The notes under the pieces: model-generated | The model's database searches: none | What the model was told of the DNA's origin: nothing | The model's input: only the letters and a program-made list of their open reading frames with translations | From: Candidatus Omnitrophota bacterium | GTDB taxonomy: Bacteria; Omnitrophota; Gorgyraeia; 2-01-FULL-45-10 | Direction of reading: 5' to 3' | Assembly (NCBI GenBank): GCA_041663425.1 | Contig: JBAYMS010000006.1 | Location: forward strand, 1 to 56,798 | DNA length: 56,798 nt | Shown here: in pieces, positions 53,926-56,798 of the stretch | How positions within the stretch are numbered: the first letter of the stretch is position 1 | Layout of the letters: every line of letters starts with the position of its first letter | Position numbers and translations under genes: made by a program

Positions 53926-55511
53926 TTTAATGTCTTTCCTGCTAGTTTTAGGTGATAATCCTGCAATGGTTTTACAGATATTTTTTTATGTTTCATCATG
54001 TTTTCAATACCGTTTACCGACGCCTGTGCGCCCGAGATGGTTGTGATAAGCGGAACGTTATGAAGGATCGCATGTGAACGTATTTTGGTTTCATCCTCCT
54101 TAGTTGCCTTGCCTGACGGAGTATTTATTATGAGAGCGACCTTACCGTCTTTCATGAGGTCCAGTATGTTCGGTCTTGCCTCTAGCAATTTTGGTATAAC
54201 CTCGACATCTATGTCGCTGCTTCTTAAAGCGTCGGCTGTCCCGGGAGTGGCCATTATTTTGAATCCAAGGTCAAAAAGTTTTTTGGCTATAAATATAATA
54301 TTGCGCTTGTCCTGATTTTTTACGCTTATAAAAACATTGCCTGACATCGGAAGGTTCTGTCCTGCCGCGATCTGGCTTTTTGCATAAGCGGCTCCGAATG
54401 TTGTGTCTATGCCCATCACCTCACCGGTCGATTTCATTTCCGGCCCGAGGATCGCATCTACACCTGGAAAGCGGATAAAGGGAAACACGGATTCTTTTAC
54501 GCAGACGTAGTTGATAGTCTTCTCTTTTGTGAAGCCCAGATCTTTTAATTTCTTACCAAGCATTATTTTTGTTGCCAGCTTTGCGAGTGGCGCTCCAATT
54601 GCTTTACTTACAAACGGAACTGTTCTAGATGCGCGCGGGTTTACTTCCAGGATGTAGACTATATTATTTTTTACGGCATACTGGACGTTCATCAGACCTT
54701 TAACCTTAAGCTCCATAGCCATGGCGTATGTATTTTTCCGGATGTTGTCAATTATATCTTTACCTAAAGTATGCGGCGGCATTACCATTGCGCTGTCGCC
54801 GGAGTGTATGCCGGCCTCTTCGATATGCTCAAGTATTCCGCCTATTACACACGTATCGCCGTCTGCTATAGCGTCTACATCGACTTCTATGGCATCTTCT
54901 AAGAATTTGTCTATAAGGATGGGGCGCTCGGGCGATGCCTCTATCGCTCTGGACATATAGTCTGTTAGGCCTTTTTCATCGTAGACGATCTCCATTGCCC
55001 TTCCACCCAGGACAAAGGATGGGCGCACGACAACCGGATAACCTATACGGTTTGCAACCTGTGTTGCCTCGTCGGGCGAAGTGGCTGTCCCGTTGTCAGG
55101 CTGGATCAGTTTCAGTTTTTTGAGCATCTGCTGAAAACGTTTCCGGTCTTCTGCTATATCGATGGAATCAGGGCTTGTTCCCAGGATGTTGAGACCTGCG
55201 TTTGCCAGCGCACCTGAGATATTAAGCGGGGTTTGTCCTCCGAACTGGACTATTGCGCCCATAGGTTTCTCTATGTCTACTATGCTCATGACATCTTCAA
55301 CGGTGAGAGGTTCGAAGTATAATTTATCAGAGGTATCGTAATCGGTCGAAACGGTCTCCGGGTTGCAATTTATCATTATACTTTCCACGCCTTCTTCTCT
55401 TAGCGCAAATGAGGCATGGCAGCAGCAGTAATCGAATTCTATTCCCTGCCCTATCCTGTTGGGGCCTCCACCTAAGATCAAAACTTTCTTTTTTTCCGGA
55501 GAATTGGTCAT
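53922..55511 (-). CDS. carB: Carbamoyl-phosphate synthase large subunit, C-terminal half only (second ATP-grasp plus MGS-like allosteric domain)
   Basis: Collinear with about residues 555-1073 of full-length CarB (VLILGGGPNRIGQGIEFDYCCCHA, NCNPETVSTDYDTSDKLYFEP, EVNPRASRTVPFVSKA, GPEMKSTGEVMG). ATG 55511 is preferred over GTG 55529. ATGA overlap with the purF start. Confidence 0.9.
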   Translation of the reverse strand: MTNSPEKKKVLILGGGPNRIGQGIEFDYCCCHASFALREEGVESIMINCNPETVSTDYDTSDKLYFEPLTVEDVMSIVDIEKPMGAIVQFGGQTPLNISGALANAGLNILGTSPDSIDIAEDRKRFQQMLKKLKLIQPDNGTATSPDEATQVANRIGYPVVVRPSFVLGGRAMEIVYDEKGLTDYMSRAIEASPERPILIDKFLEDAIEVDVDAIADGDTCVIGGILEHIEEAGIHSGDSAMVMPPHTLGKDIIDNIRKNTYAMAMELKVKGLMNVQYAVKNNIVYILEVNPRASRTVPFVSKAIGAPLAKLATKIMLGKKLKDLGFTKEKTINYVCVKESVFPFIRFPGVDAILGPEMKSTGEVMGIDTTFGAAYAKSQIAAGQNLPMSGNVFISVKNQDKRNIIFIAKKLFDLGFKIMATPGTADALRSSDIDVEVIPKLLEARPNILDLMKDGKVALIINTPSGKATKEDETKIRSHAILHNVPLITTISGAQASVNGIENMMKHKKISVKPLQDYHLKLAGKTLK

Positions 55512-55521
55512 TGTTTGCCTT

Positions 55522-55562
55522 AAAAACACGAAAGGCCAGCAGAGACGATCGTCCCTCTGGCC
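55522..55562 (-). terminator. Terminator-like hairpin and U-run inside the carB-half leader (candidate attenuator)
   Basis: Minus strand reads GGCCAGAGGGACG-AT-CGTCTCTGCTGGCC (55562-55534; 13 bp with one bulge and one mismatch), then TTTCGTGTTTTT (55533-55522). It ends 10 nt before ATG 55511. Confidence 0.55.
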
Positions 55563-55675
55563 ACAACTGTTAGGTTGCGTAATATTTTACTTACTTTATG
55601 CTTCAAGCTCCCTGTCGAACTGAACATTAACTTTATCCATATATAAATATATTTGCATATAATTAACTTAAATGT

Positions 55676-55704
55676 ATTGTAACACGGTGCGTGCCTTGTG
55701 TCAA
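55676..55704 (-). promoter_or_regulatory. Consensus sigma-70 promoter (TTGACA-N17-TACAAT)
   Basis: -35 at 55704-55699 and -10 at 55681-55676 on the minus strand, 20 nt downstream of the DUF1846 stop. Predicts a leader of about 158 nt. Confidence 0.65.
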
Positions 55705-55723
55705 GAGCAGATTGTGGCTCAGA

Positions 55724-56798
55724 TCATGTCACAAACAGGTTATTTGATGAGAATTTTCCGTCCGAGGTAAGGTTTACGCCGAGCATCTTCAGGCCCACTT
55801 CATCACCAGGCGTAGGGATGTGGGTCATGTGCATTTCGCAGCCTCGCAGATCGATAAGTTTCTTAAGGGCTATCTCGGCGGTATGGTTTGTCGTCGCGCT
55901 AATGGAAAGAGCTATAAGGGTCTCCTCCAGATCTAAGCTTTCCGGCTCAAGGTTTAATATGCCTTCTTTTAATTTTGATATCTGATTTATTATCTGGGGT
56001 GATAGTAATAATATTTCATCGGGAATATTAGCTAGTGTTTTGACAGCGTTCAGGACAAGGCTCGACGCGGCGTGCATAAGTTTTGAGTTTTTGCCGGTTA
56101 TTACCCTTCCGTCTTTAAGTTCAAGGGCCGCACCGCAATATATACCGGCAAAGCCTTTATTGTTAGCTTCAGCGTCTTCAGCAGTTTTTCGGGCTATCTC
56201 GACTACTCGCCGGTCAGTTGCTTTTACACCCATCTCTTCCATGAGCGCTGCAACCCGTTCCACGGTCTCTTTCTTTTCGATGCCCATAACAAACTCTGTA
56301 TTGTATCTGAAATACCGGCGTATTAATTCCTGTTTCGAGGCCTGCCGGACGGCTTCGTCGTTAACGATACCAAACCCTGCACGATTAACACCCATGTCTG
56401 TGGGGGAATTGTAGACCGGCAGCTTACTGGCTTTTTTATCGAGTATGCGGGTCAGTATTAATTTTAATATCGGAAAACTTTCTACATCCCGGTTATAATT
56501 TATCGCGGTTTCTTTATATTCTGCAAGGTGAAACGGGTCAACAAGGTTAAAGTCGAGGATATCGGCCGTTGCAGCTTCGTAAGCAACATTTACGGGGTGT
56601 TCTAAAGGGATGCTCCATATCGGAAATGTTTCAAATTTAGCATATCCGGCATTTATGCCTCGCTTGTGTTCCTGGTATAGCTGTGAAAGGCAAGTCGACA
56701 GCTTGCCGCTATTGGGTCCGGGCGCAGTTACCACAACTATCGGTTTTTTAGTCTCGATGTAGTCGTTCTTGCCGAATCCTTCATCGCTCACAACCTTA
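55724..56798 (-). CDS. DUF1846 / UPF0371 family protein, N-terminus truncated by the window edge
   Basis: VVTAPGPNSGKLSTCLSQLY, GYAKFETFPIWSIPLEHPVNVAYEAATAD and SPTDMGVN match the UPF0371 family. The frame stays open to position 56798. Confidence 0.85.
   Translation of the reverse strand, partial: KVVSDEGFGKNDYIETKKPIVVVTAPGPNSGKLSTCLSQLYQEHKRGINAGYAKFETFPIWSIPLEHPVNVAYEAATADILDFNLVDPFHLAEYKETAINYNRDVESFPILKLILTRILDKKASKLPVYNSPTDMGVNRAGFGIVNDEAVRQASKQELIRRYFRYNTEFVMGIEKKETVERVAALMEEMGVKATDRRVVEIARKTAEDAEANNKGFAGIYCGAALELKDGRVITGKNSKLMHAASSLVLNAVKTLANIPDEILLLSPQIINQISKLKEGILNLEPESLDLEETLIALSISATTNHTAEIALKKLIDLRGCEMHMTHIPTPGDEVGLKMLGVNLTSDGKFSSNNLFVT

Noticed and set aside
55534-55562. The CCAGAGGGAC in the 5-prime arm of the leader hairpin resembles the PyrR binding loop (UCCAGAGAGGCU).
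   Set aside because: Only CCAGAG matches. The following bases differ, and the motif sits in the terminator stem itself rather than in an anti-antiterminator. No pyrR gene is seen. The evidence is insufficient.
55596-55658. 20-codon upstream ORF (MQIYLYMDKVNVQFDRELEA) in the carB-half leader as a possible leader peptide.
   Set aside because: There is no Shine-Dalgarno and no run of regulatory codons (no tandem Arg, Gln or pyrimidine-related signal). In AT-rich DNA it is probably fortuitous.
55563-55669. Known riboswitch classes in the carB/pur leader (purine, ZTP/pfl, glutamine, PRPP/guanidine-type ykkC).
   Set aside because: I could not find the conserved cores (for example, the purine J2-3 UUUCUACC context, or the ZTP GGGUCGUGAC...CCGCCUGGGC). 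This is a by-eye comparison only, so it needs cmscan.
1-56798. Mobile elements, CRISPR arrays, rRNA/tRNA genes, and toxin-antitoxin or classical defence systems.
   Set aside because: I saw no transposase, integrase or recombinase-like ORF. I saw no spaced direct-repeat array, no terminal inverted repeats flanking the EPS locus and no tRNA-like sequence. The only nuclease is a secreted or anchored SNase-type enzyme with no partner genes.

Overview
AT-rich bacterial chromosomal window, probably from an uncultured lineage. All calls come from reading the ORF translations and the DNA by eye; no database search was run.

Layout:
- 0-8.3 kb: mixed genes. These are an FAD-linked oxidase, a glycine-zipper repeat protein, a thermonuclease, a PAC2-like protein, a Wzx-type flippase and rpoN on the minus strand.
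- 8.4-41.5 kb: one large exopolysaccharide / exosortase (PEP-CTERM) locus that appears to be sigma-54 controlled.
  - A Wza-like exporter, Wzz-like chain-length determinant, ExeA-like ATPase and BY-tyrosine kinase.
  - A Wzm/Wzt ABC exporter.
  - About ten glycosyltransferase modules, an O-antigen-polymerase-like protein and a membrane-anchored heparinase II/III-like lyase.
  - Two CE4 deacetylases plus a membrane GT2 synthase.
  - Exosortase plus EpsI, a priming sugar transferase and three tandem PEP-CTERM cargo genes.
  - A regulatory block: a TPR protein, a DHp-only mini-protein, a sigma-54 enhancer-binding protein and a PocR-GAF sensor.
- 41.8-56.8 kb: housekeeping genes. glgC is on the plus strand. 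On the minus strand are a TIGR01212 radical SAM gene, mnmG, a ParA-like ATPase fused to a glycogen-binding CBM48 domain, purQ, a PurS-PurS-PurL fusion, guaA, purF, a half-size carB and a truncated DUF1846 gene.

Most notable observations:
1. Two near-identical TGGCAC-N5-TTGCTTAT sigma-54 promoters head the two halves of the locus. rpoN lies divergent to the first, and a bEBP lies downstream.
2. A signal peptide plus a PEP-CTERM-like sorting signal is embedded in the N-terminus of the priming sugar transferase, next to the exosortase.
3. A MerR-type HTH is fused in frame ahead of the signal peptide of the Wza-like exporter.
4. The regulatory module looks phosphorylation-incompetent: a DHp domain without its His and without a kinase domain, plus a receiver lacking its acidic pocket.
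5. The ParA-CBM48 fusion lies about 3 kb from glgC.
6. A promoter- and terminator-bounded structured small-RNA candidate lies between mnmG and the ParA-like gene.
7. A consensus promoter, a long leader and a terminator hairpin sit directly before the carB-half/pur operon.

No CRISPR array, rRNA, tRNA, transposase or integrase was recognised.
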